Part shown: in pieces, positions 12,299-24,668 of the stretch
Position numbering within the stretch: the stretch's first letter is position 1
How the letters are laid out: each line of letters begins with the position of its first letter
Assembly (NCBI GenBank): GCA_951406725.2
Contig: OX597823.1
Span: 71,548,001 to 71,612,000, forward strand
Source: Octopus vulgaris
Taxonomy: Eukaryota
DNA length: 64,000 nt
Direction of reading: 5' to 3'
Position numbers and translations under genes: made by a program
Notes under the pieces: generated by a model
The model's database searches: none
What the model saw: only the letters and a program-made list of their open reading frames with translations
Told to the model about the DNA's origin: nothing

Positions 12299-12517
12299 CC
12301 GATGCCGGACCCCCCGGCCCCTGTGCAGGTGGCACGTAAAAAGCACCCAATCCACTCACGGAGTGGTTGGCGTTAGGAAGGGCATCCAGCCGTAGAAACT
12401 CTGCCAAATCAGACTGGAGCCTGGAGCGGCCCCTGGCTTCCCAGACCCCGGTCGAACCGTCCAACCCGTGCTAGCGCGGAAAACGGACGTTAAACGATAA
12501 TGATGATGATGATGATG

Positions 12518-12519
<2 letters not shown>
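9575..12519 (+). mobile_element. RTE-clade non-LTR retrotransposon, 5'-truncated, young
   Basis: APE endonuclease motifs [19 protein letters not shown]; RT motifs KAPG, NYRGI, FVDLEKAFDRV, GVHQGSALSPLLF, LYADDL; C-terminal RRLRWYGHV, RGRGRPRKTW; (GAT)n tail. Confidence 0.96.
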
Positions 12520-12563
<44 letters not shown>

Positions 12564-12614
12564 TATATATATATATATATATATTTGTATATATATTTGT
12601 ACATATATATATAA

Positions 12615-12955
12615 GGAACTGGACAACATGGCCCACTTGAAGAGAGAGTTGTTGTTTATGGAGACATATCCGGGTGTAGGAGATTTATCCGGGATATTTA
12701 AAGGCAATGTCAACATCATTTGGTAAATGCTGATGGAATATTTTCCACATCATGCAGAAGATGTAGCACTCACGGTGGCATTGGAGAGACTAAAGCCTCA
12801 GCTTTTCTAGTCAATCCCAATAGTCAAGGCCTGTCATGTCATCTATCTTTTTTGTAATTGACCTTTGAGGCGCTTCAATTTACATGATACTTTGTTTTGT
12901 GTGGGGAGACCAAAGTGGACAACAATATTCAAGATGGGGTCAGGCAAAAGTAGGG
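12615..12955 (-). mobile_element. CR1-clade LINE remnant
   Basis: Minus strand HLEYCCPLWSPH...IEAPQRSITKKI...LDYWD*LEKL. Confidence 0.75.
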
Positions 12956-12959
12956 AAGT

Positions 12960-13335
12960 TTGCAAGTTTGTGCCAGAACCACTTTCAGCTGACCTAAAAA
13001 AGCATTTGGGTTTCAGTTGCACAAGATTTCCTTGATTGTGTCAAGAACGATGAAAACAAAACTTTTTGAAACTTTGTGTAGGCCTCTGAGCAGGTATCAC
13101 CAAGTTTTGGGCAAAATTTGATGCAGATTCCCCACTCAACTTTTTGTGTCATGTTCAATGCGACAATCGTATGCTACACACCTTCCTTCCAAGCACTGCT
13201 GTAAATAGCAGTAGTGAGCTAGAATGTTAAAACTTAGTGTGCTTGTACAGCAGAGGTCAAAATCAGTCTGTAGCAAGCGACTACACTCTGCATGCTTTAG
13301 CTTCATTACTATGGCAACAGTCCAGATAAGTATTG
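12960..13335. mobile_element. Rearranged mariner-like remnants
   Basis: VPEPLSADLKK...DCVKNDEN on + and a mariner N-terminus-like segment on -; heavily decayed. Confidence 0.4.
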
Positions 13336-13360
13336 ATCAGACCATGTATATATGTGTGTG

Positions 13361-13417
<57 letters not shown>

Positions 13418-13479
13418 ATGTATATATATATGTATATTTTATACACATATATATGTATGTATGTATTTATATACGCCAT

Positions 13480-13675
13480 GATAGATCGTTAGCTACTACA
13501 CACATTTTTTTCTCTCCTTGTTTCTCTCCTTGTTTTTCCTGTGTATTTTTCTGTAGAAGAGCGTAGGCTCGAAACGTAAAAGACTTTTTCTATTCCTGAG
13601 TGCTATACTAACACATCTGTTTGTTTGTACACCACCTGCCTTCGTCTTTTGTTTACTTTTGTAAACTTTCCCTTT
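13480..13675 (+). mobile_element. Short Penelope-like repeat with hammerhead motif, embedded in microsatellite
   Basis: CTGTAGA-A-GAGC-gtag-GCTC-GAAACGTA-AAAGA at 13551-13582; flanked by TA/CA repeats. Confidence 0.55.
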
Positions 13676-14199
13676 ATATATTTATATAGATACACACACA
13701 CACACACACACACAGAGGAATCTCCTGTGTTACCAGAGTGATGCATTCGTAAAACATTTGCTGTAACATGAAATCCTTTAATGCAAAATTCATTTTCCCA
13801 CTGATTTTTATGTTATAAAGTGATAATGCATTCCTACACCTACTTTTCAATAAATAAATAAATAAATAAGTAAATAAATAAATAAATAAATAAATAAGCA
13901 ACACAATCACTTTTAGGCATGAAAATAACAAGTGCTTCACATACATGGTACTCTATGTATACACATAAGCATTTGAAGAGAAATATGTTGCGAATATACA
14001 TAATGGTAAAATGGTAGTTGGGAATGCTTTTACCAAAATGAATGTTGACCAGTGAGAGAAGTGTGATGGTAGAATGAGAGCTACTGGCTGGATGAAGGAC
14101 ACTCTCTTCTATCTTATACTTCATCATCATCATCAACATCTAGCTGAGAGTGAAGAACTTATCCACAATTATTTGATGCATATAGAGAATCAAAGAGTA

Positions 14200-14960
14200 A
14201 GAAAGCTCATTGTAAACTACCTTTAGTGATTTTTACACTATATTTATAATTAGCGTTGTTATCAGCAAAAAATACCTGCTGACCTTTGTTTCTAAGTGCC
14301 AACTCATTCAGAATATTTTTTGCAGTCAATTTTAGCAGAGTAGGTGGAATTTCCATATTCTGACCTATATCTTCAGCTCAGTCATGTTCGAAAGCATTAG
14401 CTTCTTGTGAGATAAGATTTCTCTGTAGGACATTAGCAGCTGAACCAAATAATCTTCAATGACTTCGTGAAAGCCTACATAATTTTCAAGTGTCAAATAT
14501 CTTTCTGATTTTAGTGTAGACTTTCTGCTTATAGAAAACTTGTAAAGCCACAGATGCTTCCTTGTGATGCATTTTTCTTAGCATCATTATGTTGAATTTT
14601 TTCTAGAAGTCTCTTACTGTAGGCTTATTCTTCTTATCAATTGTTTTCATAAGTTGTTTGGAAGTTCTCAAACAATACAACTTGAAGTTAGCTAGCACAC
14701 CTTGATCCATTTTTATTCTTGGAGATAAATTCCTCTCTCACATAATCAGAAAGCTTACTGGGTGGCCTGCTTCATTGTTTAAATGGAGCAATGCTTTGTT
14801 TGGAAATAACACCTTTTTTACAGCAGGACAAAAACTGTTTGTAAACCAGGCATTGGTTGTCAAGTGATGTTGGCGAGGACAAAGGATTTTTATTAGAAAT
14901 TTCACTATTTTTTTGCAAATTATCCTATAAACTTTTGGCTTTTTAAAATTACCGTCATGC
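14200..14960 (-). mobile_element. Tigger/pogo-like (DDE_1) transposase remnant
   Basis: Minus strand WFTNSFCPAV, LLHLNNEAGHP, MDQGVLANFKLY. Confidence 0.65.
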
Positions 14961-15035
14961 TTATCAGTACATTACTTTGAATCTAATTCTTGATCATACA
15001 CTCCAAAATTGTTTTATCTTAAACATCTAATTAGA

Positions 15036-15432
15036 TCTCTCTATATATAAAGCTGAAGTTGTCTGTGTATGGCAGGTTTGATAGCCTTCAACTAACACTA
15101 TCTCCTCTGAGACCCTGCAGCTCAAGTTGACCAAAAATGAGAGTATGATAGAAGAAGGCTTGCTCCTCCTTCCGTAGAAGAAAAAGTTCAAAACGGATCA
15201 TGTTAACACCAAAAATTATTTACATCAAAAAGGTGCTTTTTTCTATGAAAATCCCTATGTTTTAGGATTTTTTGACTGCTGTGTCACCATTTTTTGGTGT
15301 ATTTCAACCAGAAAAATGTTCACTTGAAGTGAATAACAAGCTACATAATTCAAAATTTTTACTTTTCAAAAATTCCAATTCTAAAAGGTCAAAAAGAAAA
15401 CAAACCTGAGCAACGCCAGGCAATACTGCTAG
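15036..15432 (+). mobile_element. Non-autonomous Helitron
   Basis: 5' TC, 3' CTAG preceded by the GC-rich hairpin CCTGAGCAACGCCAGG, inserted between A and T with no TSD; shares termini with 53259-53644. Confidence 0.8.
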
Positions 15433-16154
15433 TTTATGAAAAAATAAAATCCAATAAGTTAAAGTAGTAACTTCTTGAGCACTTGACTGTTATCACATTT
15501 CCTCACTGTTATCACATTTTGTTTCCAGTGTTGACATTACAAACTGTATTGTTTCAAAACGTGGCTGATTTGTTTAATCTCACATCAAGCCCTTCTAAAA
15601 CATCAATTTTATTAACTCTTTATGATTTCTTTTTGCACTACAGCCTTCAGTTCCACTTTCCTGACATCTTGAATTTTAGGTAAATTCAATAGTGCCAGAG
15701 ATCAACAATTATCAGCAACAAATATGTTATAAAAGAATAATAGCACCAGTAAAAAACCATTTCGCGAGAAAGGAAAACTGTGTTATTCCTATGGATGTAA
15801 GAATGGACACGAGAGGATGAAAGTGTGAAGAAGTGAGGTGAGGTGGGGTGGGGGGAAAGTACTGTAGAATTAAGTTTGTTGACGAATTACCAGGTTCCTG
15901 TACACTTCACTTGTTACACTTCTGAGTTAAGCAATAAAAACTCCACAATCTTCTCTCTCTTTCTCTTTCTTTCTCTCTCTCTCTCTCTCACACATCTGCT
16001 AATGCATACAAACACTGTTGTATTGACAGAACAAATGTAGCTATAGTCATTGGATAATGTTGATACTATTACTATTGTTGCCAGTTGGTTATTTGGTGAA
16101 ATTTGGTGGGTGAGCAGTAATGGTGGTGTTTGTTGTATTGATTTTGGAGTCGAT

Positions 16155-16237
16155 GATGATGGTGGTGGTGGTGGTGGTGGTGGTGGTGGTGGTGGTGGTG
16201 GTAGTGGCAGGGGTGTTGTTGGTGGTGGTAGTGGTGG
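16155..16237. repeat. (GGT)n microsatellite
   Basis: Directly visible. Confidence 0.9.
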
Positions 16238-16534
16238 AACATATTGTTCTTGATAATTGTATTGATGTTGCTGTTTAGTCTCAAGTCAATCCTATATTGA
16301 AATAAGATCAGAGACAGAAAAATAATAAGCAGCAGGGATAGAAATACTAAAGAGCAGGAAGAACATAGGAGAAAGACAAAGAGGGAGAGAAAGAGAGAGA
16401 GAGAGAAACGAAGAGATGGAGGAGGAAAAGATAGAAGAGTCAGAGAAAGAGAGAAGAATGTTGATTGATGGACAAAAGTGTTAGGATGCTGTGTGTGTCA
16501 TGAGTTTTATAATGCAAAACAGAATGGATGCATA

Positions 16535-16945
16535 GGCGTAGGAGTGGCTGTGTGGTAAGTAGCTTGCTTACCAACCACATGGTTCCTGGATCAGTCCCAC
16601 TGTGTGGCACCTTGGGCAAGTGTCTTCTGCTATAGCCTCGGGCCGACCAAAGGCTTGTGAGTGGATTTGGTAGACGAAAACTGTAAGAAGCCCATCGTAT
16701 ATATGTATATTTATGTGTGTGTATGTTTGTGTGTTTGTGTTTGTCCCCCCACCAACATCGCTTAACAGACCATGTTGGCGTGTTTACATCCCTGTAACTT
16801 AGCGGTTTGGCAAAAGGGATGGTAGAATAAGTACTAGGCTTACAAACAATAAGTCCTGGGGTCGATTTGCTTGACTAAAGGCGGTGCTCCAGCATGGCCA
16901 CAGTCAAATGACTGAAACAAGTAAAAGTGTAAAAGAGTAAAGAGT
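16535..16945 (+). mobile_element. SINE family A, full length
   Basis: Colinear with 3977-4429. Confidence 0.9.
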
Positions 16946-17464
16946 ATGAAAACAATTAACAGAAAAGGACAAAGGGTAATTAAAAATGAAAGTCTTCTTA
17001 TCAGTTGTAGGTAGGCTCCTAGTGCAAATGAGTACTCAGTGCACTTATTAAGTAGAGTGGGTACACTTGGTAGCAGCAAAAGACCCTACAGAAAAGCTTC
17101 TCTCTTTCAACATCCTCCATAACCTGGTTCAGATAATGAAACATATATTGTGCTCTATGTGCATTCATGTACTGTATGTGCATATATACATATCCACTCT
17201 AAACTGGAGGCACATATTGGTTTTAGTGCTCTTATGTTACATTCACTCATGTACTGTGGTACAAGTGTATGGTTGAGTATGGATCTTACCACTTCTGCCT
17301 TTCATTTGGCATTGTCCTCAGTCCCACAACAAGGACGGACTGTAACTCGATGCATAAAATACTATCCTATATTTTGGCTAGTGCTTGATACACAAAGACA
17401 AATGCACATTGACTTTCTCCTCTCACTTTTTTGGAAAACAGTATTAGACAGGTAATCTGTTCAA

Positions 17465-17635
17465 GGCGTAGGAGTGGCTGTGTGGTAAATATCTTGCTTA
17501 TGAACTACATGGTTCCAGGTTCAATCCCATTATGTGGCACCTTGGGCAAATGTCTTCTACTAGAGCCTCAGGCTGACCAAAGCCTTGTGAGTGGATTTGG
17601 TAGATGGAAACAGAAAAAAGCCCATCATATATATG

Positions 17636-17666
<31 letters not shown>

Positions 17667-17877
17667 TTGTGTGTCTATGTTTGTCCCCCCAACTTTGCTT
17701 GACATCCGATGCTGGTGTGTTTACGTCCCCATAACTTAGCAGTTCGGCAAAAGAGACCGATAGAATAAGTACTAGGCTTACAAAGAATAAGTCCTAGGGT
17801 CGATTTGCTCGACTAAAGGTGGTGCTCCAGCATGGCCACAGTCAACTGACTGAAACAAGTGGAAGAGTAAAAGAGTA
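17465..17877 (+). mobile_element. SINE family A, full length
   Basis: Colinear with 3977-4429. Confidence 0.9.
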
Positions 17878-18528
17878 AGCTAAGGACCTTCTTGTTTTAG
17901 ATGATGTTTACAAATGTATATGTGTTGAAAAATTGTGTTACTATTGTTGTTATTGTTATTGTTTTTGTGGCATGAATCTTGAAATATACTTTTATTTGTA
18001 TCAGAAACACCAAATACATTAGTATTATCAGTTTTAAATGTTCATGTTTTTATTTATGATATTTTTTTGTTTTCAATGTGTTGTCTGTGAAAATGTTTTT
18101 GTTCAATGAAGGAGTCAATGTACTTACATGACATTTTGTATTAAATGTCAGCTAGCAAAAGAAAAATTTTCAATAATTCTTTTCTAGAAATATGACAGAA
18201 TATATGATAAATCAAAGGCAACACCTTCACACGATAAGATGCATTAATAATAATCCAATTTTTGGGAAATTCATTGAAATTTAATTTTTACACCTAAGCC
18301 AAAAGAAAAAAAAAAAAGATGTCTGACCATATCGAGAAACAACAACTAAAAATTCTATGTTTAACTTCGCTTTTCTTATTTGGGGGATTGAGGAAATAAA
18401 GTAATAGCCAAGCACTGGAATCAATGTACTCACCTTACACTTTCCTCTAAAACTGGTGACCTTCTGCCAAAATTTGAAAACATTGAAGTTAGTGAGCTTT
18501 CAGAATCATTACTGCACATTACACACAA

Positions 18529-18760
18529 GGCGGCAAGCTGGCAGAAGCATTAGCACACCAGGCGAAATGCTTAGCGGTATTTCATCTGCTGCTATGTTCT
18601 GAGTTCAAATTCCACCGAGGTCGACTTTGCCTTTCATCCTTTCGGGGTCGATTAAATAAGTACCAGTTATGCACTGGGGTCGATATAATCGTCTTAATCC
18701 GTTTTTCTGTCCTTGTTTGTCCCCTCTGTCTTTAGCCTCTTGTGGGTAGTAAAGAAATAA
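18529..18760 (+). mobile_element. tRNA-derived SINE family B (Nin-like domain)
   Basis: GGCGGCAAGCTGGCAGAA...GAGTTCAAATTCC...GCCTTTCATCCTTTCGGGGTCGAT; AGAATCATTACTGCA occurs on both sides (18502, 18760). Confidence 0.88.
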
Positions 18761-19569
18761 GAATCATTACTGCATTGATCAAATTGCATAGCAGCATTCC
18801 TTTGGGCTATTTATTGAGCTTAAATACTGATGGATTTGACTCTGCCTTTTTACCTTGGCCCTGTGCCAAGATTAGAAAGAATTATTATTGTTATTGTGAA
18901 AACATATTTTTGACTATGTCTTTGGATCACAGCCTATACAAGTATTATAAAATGAAATTTTAATTGCAGTACATGTAAAAAGAACTATAATTACTTCATT
19001 AAGGCTGCTCTTTGTACATGATCTTACACATCAGGCGACTGGGCTGACTTCAATCACGAAAGATGATTAAGCTGAATTGTTTTAGGACTGTGTTAAGAGA
19101 ATTAACACGCAGGAATACTGAATAAAAATGTTTAGTATACTCATGAGAAAAGGGGTAACGCTGTCAGCACATGCTAGGAAGAACTTTGAGCAAAATGAAT
19201 TTAGGGAGCAAGGAATACTAGAAACTGACAAGATCAATAAGATTAGAATGAAGCAATTGTTTTGTGAAGAATATAAGAGAAGATTAAAATTAAAAATTAA
19301 CCCTTTGTGGGCTGGCAGGGTTGGAATTACAGAAAAGGCCATAGGGGTCCTCTTTTATTTTTGAGCATTTCTGCACTATCCATAAAGTAATATTTGTTTA
19401 ATCTTGTATATATGTGTGAGTGCATGATACAGAGCAAGAAATTTAGCACTTTTTTTTTATAGTTTTATAAACGACATATATAGCACTAAATATAAAATAA
19501 AACAAAAAGAATAAAAGAAAAAAGTATATCAATATACCAGTATACCAGTACAAATATGAAAAAAATTGA

Positions 19570-19962
19570 CTTGTCCCCCCACCATTGCTTAACAACTGAT
19601 GTTGGTGTGTTCACGTCCCCGTAACCTAGCAGTTCAAATTCCACCGAGGGCGACTTTGCCTTTCATCCTTTCGGGGGTCAATTAAATAAGTACCAGTTAT
19701 GCACTGGGGTCGATATAATCGTCTTAATCCATTTTTCTGTCCTTGTTTGTCCCTCCTGTCTTTAGCCTCTTGTGGGTAGTAAAGAAATAAGAATCATTAC
19801 TGCATTGATCAAATTGCATAGCAGTTTAGCAGTTCAGCAAAAGAGACCAATAGAATAAGTACTAGGCTTACAAAAAACAAGTCCTGGGGTTAGTTTGTTT
19901 GACTAAAGGCGGTGCTCCTGTATGGCCGTAGTCAAATGACTGAAACAAATAAAAGAATAAAG
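19570..19962 (+). mobile_element. SINE A 3' half containing a templated copy of 18602-18794
   Basis: Host SINE A sequence is interrupted at TAGCAGTTC by SINE B 3' half plus that copy's unique flank. Confidence 0.85.
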
Positions 19963-19964
19963 AA

Positions 19965-20830
19965 TAGAATATAAGAGGATCAGAATAAAGATAAGTGGGA
20001 CTACTGGAATGGAAAACAAATGAACAGTTTGTCAAAGATATAAGCAGTGACGTGGATAAACAAGGGACTTGAGAGTGGGTGCAAAATTTTAGCCTAACAG
20101 TTGAAACTGAAGTTTTAATCTGTACAGCTCAAGATTAAAGCACTTAAATTATGTGAAATGTCATGTTGATAATACGGTTAAATCACCCATATATAGACTC
20201 TGTGATGAAAGATGTGAAATCATTAATGAATACAGTAAATTTGCACAAAGTGAATACAAAACTAAGTATAATATTGTGTGCATATTCAATGGAAATTATG
20301 GTAAAAACAACTTAACTCTTTCATTACGGTATTTATTTTGAGATGCTCTGTGTTTCTTTCAATTACTTTAAATATAGCAAAGAATTTAGTAAAATAACTT
20401 AGTTATCATTAAGCTAGTGTTAGGAACATAAATTGTGACTAAGGTTTGGTGGAAGATTTTAATTCAAAACTTTTGAAAACAAGACATTTATACTACAGAG
20501 CCAGAGCCAGTTTTAGCTGGGTTGGTAACGAAAGGGTTAATGTACATGAACAAAGGAACAGGCAACGTTATGAGATTTTAGCATTCAATGTAAGAAGACT
20601 ACATATTGTTGTCATCAATGAAAAAGAAACACAGAAATACAGGTGACAACAGAGTGCCTGAGAAAGAACAAGATTGAAGAATACTAAGATCTGAAAGAGA
20701 ATTTGCAATGGTTTGAAGCATGAAAGATGTTGAAATTACGACAGTGGTTGTGAAAACTCCTGGTTCTGTCACAAAGAGATTGAACCAGAGCACTCTGAGA
20801 TACTGACTTAACTGCCACACATTGAAATTG
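19965..20830 (+). mobile_element. Decayed R4/Dong-like LINE fragment interrupted by a MITE
   Basis: VETEVLICTAQD, YRLC, SEYKTKYN and later endonuclease-region remnants resembling 45045-46076. Confidence 0.55.
20316..20536. mobile_element. piggyBac-like MITE
   Basis: TTAA on both sides; TIR CTCTTTCATTAC / GTAACGAAAGGG; right-end fragment recurs at 54512-54598. Confidence 0.75.
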
Positions 20831-22071
20831 CTATATCTGAGGGTGTTTGTGAGCATCACCAGTGGTAGATTGGGTAAGAAATACCTCATATTCGCTGGGA
20901 CGGTGTACATTAATAGCTGACAGAGTGGTTGTAAGAGTCTTGTGTCTGTCATGAGGTACACCTCAGCCTATCTCCGCTTCAATCAATTCATTCTTGAGGT
21001 TGTTTAGTAGTTCTTCCAGCTCTTCATTTGTTTTCATTACATCATAGGGATACTTCCTTAGACATTTTCCTTGCTCTATCTTGAGGTGTTTTCATTTTAC
21101 TTTTCTTACCTTTTCCACTATTTCTAGTTGTATCCCACCTTTTCTCACATTCTATCTCTTATTCATTATCTCAAGATGATAGCGTGTTGCTATTTGTTCT
21201 GGTTGGCAAAGAGTTCCTCATCCCCAAGATCAATTCCACGAACTGAGGATGAAGTATTCTTCAATGCATCCAAAGCTGTGTCTAGTGGGGCCTGAAGAAC
21301 TGCAGTATCCTTGGGGTACTGATTTTGTTGATGTCTTTCCTCTTTTAGCCCTTCTGGATAGAAATCTCTTAAATAACCAGCCAGTTGTAATGTACTTCTC
21401 TAGGGTTCCAATAATGGTGCTAAGAAAAATACAACTCTAGAATTGTTTTCTGGTCTTGGTAGTGTCATGAGGTGTTGTAGCATGTTCACAGAGATCTTGT
21501 TTGACTGCAGATCCCTAAAGCGCATATCAATACTGGACACATGCTCATTCTGTATTATAAAAGTGACTGTGAACAAGGTCATAATTGTCACCAATATCTT
21601 TTGTTGTGGCCTTCATGTTTCTTTGTCCCAAATACTGTGGTATTTGTTTATTGGTAGGTGTGTAATTCTCTAACTGCGCTTCCCTCTGTACTGTTTTCAA
21701 TTATAAAAATAACTCAGTACCATATGATCCCTTATGCCTTATGTTGGGGTATGAAAGAGCATATTGTCCTCTCATTCTGTGCATCAGTAAAGTTGTCTGC
21801 TTCTAATTATTATTGAATGGCACTTAAGAGGCTTCTGTGATTTCTGCAAGGCTAAGGTATGTCACATTCTTTTTTTCTCGTGCTCGTGTGACAGCTTCAG
21901 ACAGAAAAGTGCTCGTTTTTTGCATCTAAGTGTTGCATATTTTAAAGCTTTTCTGTTGAAAGTTTTATGCAGTGCAGGAAACTTACTCTGCTCAAATCTC
22001 TACCATTATTTTCATTTAGCAAAGCTTGTGTTTGTTTCCATGTGTGTGCGTGTGTGTGTGTGCGTATGCAT

Positions 22072-22111
<40 letters not shown>

Positions 22112-23034
22112 ACAAGTTTTGTTGTTGCTAAAGGGAAAAGGAAAAATCACCAGAATTGTTCATACAAATGTCATTGTCGATAGAAATAGTCTTTCGCTCT
22201 CTTAAAATATTTGTTTCTTGTATAATAATTTTGTTGACATTTTTCTTTGTATTGGTAGTCTTCATCATTTTCTATTTGTTTTAGCCTGATTTATGAGAGC
22301 AATACTGCTTTTTGTTGTAGCTATTCTCTATAAGTATGTGGAGAGATAAGAGAAAAAACCATCTGTCTAAAAACAAACCTTACATTTTTTTTTAGTTAAA
22401 AAATGTTTTTCTTTTTTTTTGTCAAAATATGTGTGTTGTTTTTACTTCTGTTTATATCGTGCTAATTGTCACCTTCAGATACCAAATCGTGACAGTTTGT
22501 GGTTACAAATGTATGTTTGTTTCACATTATTTTTTTTTCTCTGTTTATCTTTTTTAAAATATGTTTTTGTATTCTCAAAGATTATTTCAAACACTTCTGT
22601 TCTATTGTGTATCAAGTGCTACACCTTTTCCTGTTAGTACCTCTTACTGTTTCTCTAATAGAGGGAGCTATATTGAATGTATTCCAAACACAAGAAACTG
22701 TTTTGCAAAAAAATTTTTGAAATGTCTAAAGGCCTTCATCGACCCCAGGTACTGGAATAGATACATTCACAGATTTGGAAATCTCATGTGCAAAATAACT
22801 CAAAAAGTAAAAATTTTCATTGAGTTAAATATGATAAAAATCTTGGCTTGTTTGAGAGATCTGAAAGATATGTCCCAAGGGAAGATGGTAGTAGTGATGG
22901 CTACTGCTGTTGTATTCTTTTGTTTACCATTAAGACCCATTCATGCAAGCTATAAAGCTGTACAAAAGTATAATGAAACATGTGAGGATGAGCAACTCAG
23001 ATTTACATAAAATAAGTTGTAGGACAGAGTCATT

Positions 23035-23445
23035 TCACAGTATAGTGATCTTGGGTTCAGTCTCACTGCACAGCACCTTGGGCAAGTGTTTTCTACCATA
23101 GCCTCAAGCTGACCAAACCTTTGTGAATGGATTTAGTAGATAGAAACTGAAAGATGCTTGTCATGTGTGTGTGTGTGTGTGTGAATGCATGTGTGTGCTC
23201 ATGTGTAAGTGTATCTACGTGTGTGTGTGTGTGTGTGTCTTTGTGGTATGTTTATTCTCTTTTACTACTTGACAAATGATATTGGTTTGTTTATCTTCCT
23301 GTAAGTTAGTGGTTTGATGAAAGAGTCCAAATAGAATAAGTACTGTACTTGATAAAATAAGTTCTGGGGTCAATTAGTTCAACCAGACACTTCATAGTGT
23401 TACACCAGCATGGTTTTAGTCCAAAAGCTGAAACAAGCAAAAAAA
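23035..23445 (+). mobile_element. SINE family A, old diverged copy
   Basis: GGGTTCAGTCTCACTGCACAGCACCTTGGGCAAGTG...CCAGCATGG...CTGAAACAAG. Confidence 0.75.
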
Positions 23446-23616
23446 AAAAAAATCAAGAAAATATAATGATATACATATATATGTATTAACATATGTAGGT
23501 ATGTACATACATATATATATATATATACAAGGTTTACTGTTCCATTACAGGTAAGATCAACAAACAATGTACTCCATATAATCAAAATATAATTAAATGA
23601 GATAGATATACATAAT

Positions 23617-23808
23617 CTTTTCTACTCTAGACACAAGGCCTGAAATTTTGGGGGATGGGGACAGTCGATTAGATTGACTCCAGGATGCATCTGGTACTTA
23701 ATTTATTGACCCCGAAAGGATGAAAGGCAAAGTCAACTTCAGCGGAATTTGAACTCAGAACGTAAAGACAGAAATACTGCTAAGCATTTCTGCCAGTTCA
23801 CCACCTTA
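23617..23808 (-). mobile_element. SINE family B variant
   Basis: CCCGAAAGGATGAAAGGCAAAGTC core; TSD AGATAGATATACATAAT at 23600 and 23809. Confidence 0.85.
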
Positions 23809-24259
23809 AGATAGATATACATAATAAAAATCACTAGAAACAAGAAGTTTCCATCCCTTCAGGTGAGCAACAACCATCTAAGTTAGGTTGAAGTATCCCA
23901 CAATGTTCAAATGTCACTCCTCACATTGGAATATGGTGCACCGAAAGGCACCCATGAGTATTCATAGCATTGAATATTACAAAAATGATCCAACATCTAG
24001 AAATATATTGGTTCTCTTGGTAGGATAGGCCATAGGTGTGGCTGTCACCAACATTCCAATGTCTGAGTGTGGTTTTTTTTTTCTTTTCTTTTAGTCCTGC
24101 CCTATTTCTTCTTCCTCAATTAGTACATCATCTTCACAATCAAGTGTCCAGGGTTCATTTCTGCTATCAGGAAATGTTGATTCTTTGTAGAAGCATAAAT
24201 TTCATATCCTAGATGAAGTTGTGTTCCTCTTGCCTTAGCACAAAACCTCATAATGTGGA

Positions 24260-24487
24260 GTGGAGGAATGTGGCTTAGTGGCTAAGGTGATGAACTCATA
24301 ATCCTAAGATTGTGGTTTCTATTCCTGGACCGGGCAATACGTTGTGTTCTTGAGTAAAACACTTAATTTCATGTTGCTCCCGTCCACTCAGCTAACAAAA
24401 ATGAGTAATCCTGCAACTGACTAGCGTCCTGTCCAGGTGGGGAATATACACACCATAGAAACCAGGAAACCAGTCCTTATGAGTCAG
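24260..24487 (+). mobile_element. tRNA-derived SINE, family C-like body with family D-like tail
   Basis: TGGCTTAGTGG A box, GTTGTGTTCTTGAGTAAAACACTT body, AGAAACCAGGAAACC tail. Confidence 0.7.
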
Positions 24488-24617
24488 CATTTTGTTGTTA
24501 AAATGTATGTGCAATAAATTGCTTTTAATTCTACAATACACAAAATATTTTTATTTTCTTTATATAATCCCAAAGGATATTCAATTATAAACATATGCAC
24601 TAGGATTTTATAAATGA

Positions 24618-24668
<51 letters not shown>

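Noticed and set aside
16050-16284. Poly-Gly and poly-His ORFs
   Set aside because: (GGT)n microsatellite; same for poly-Thr/Val near 47850.
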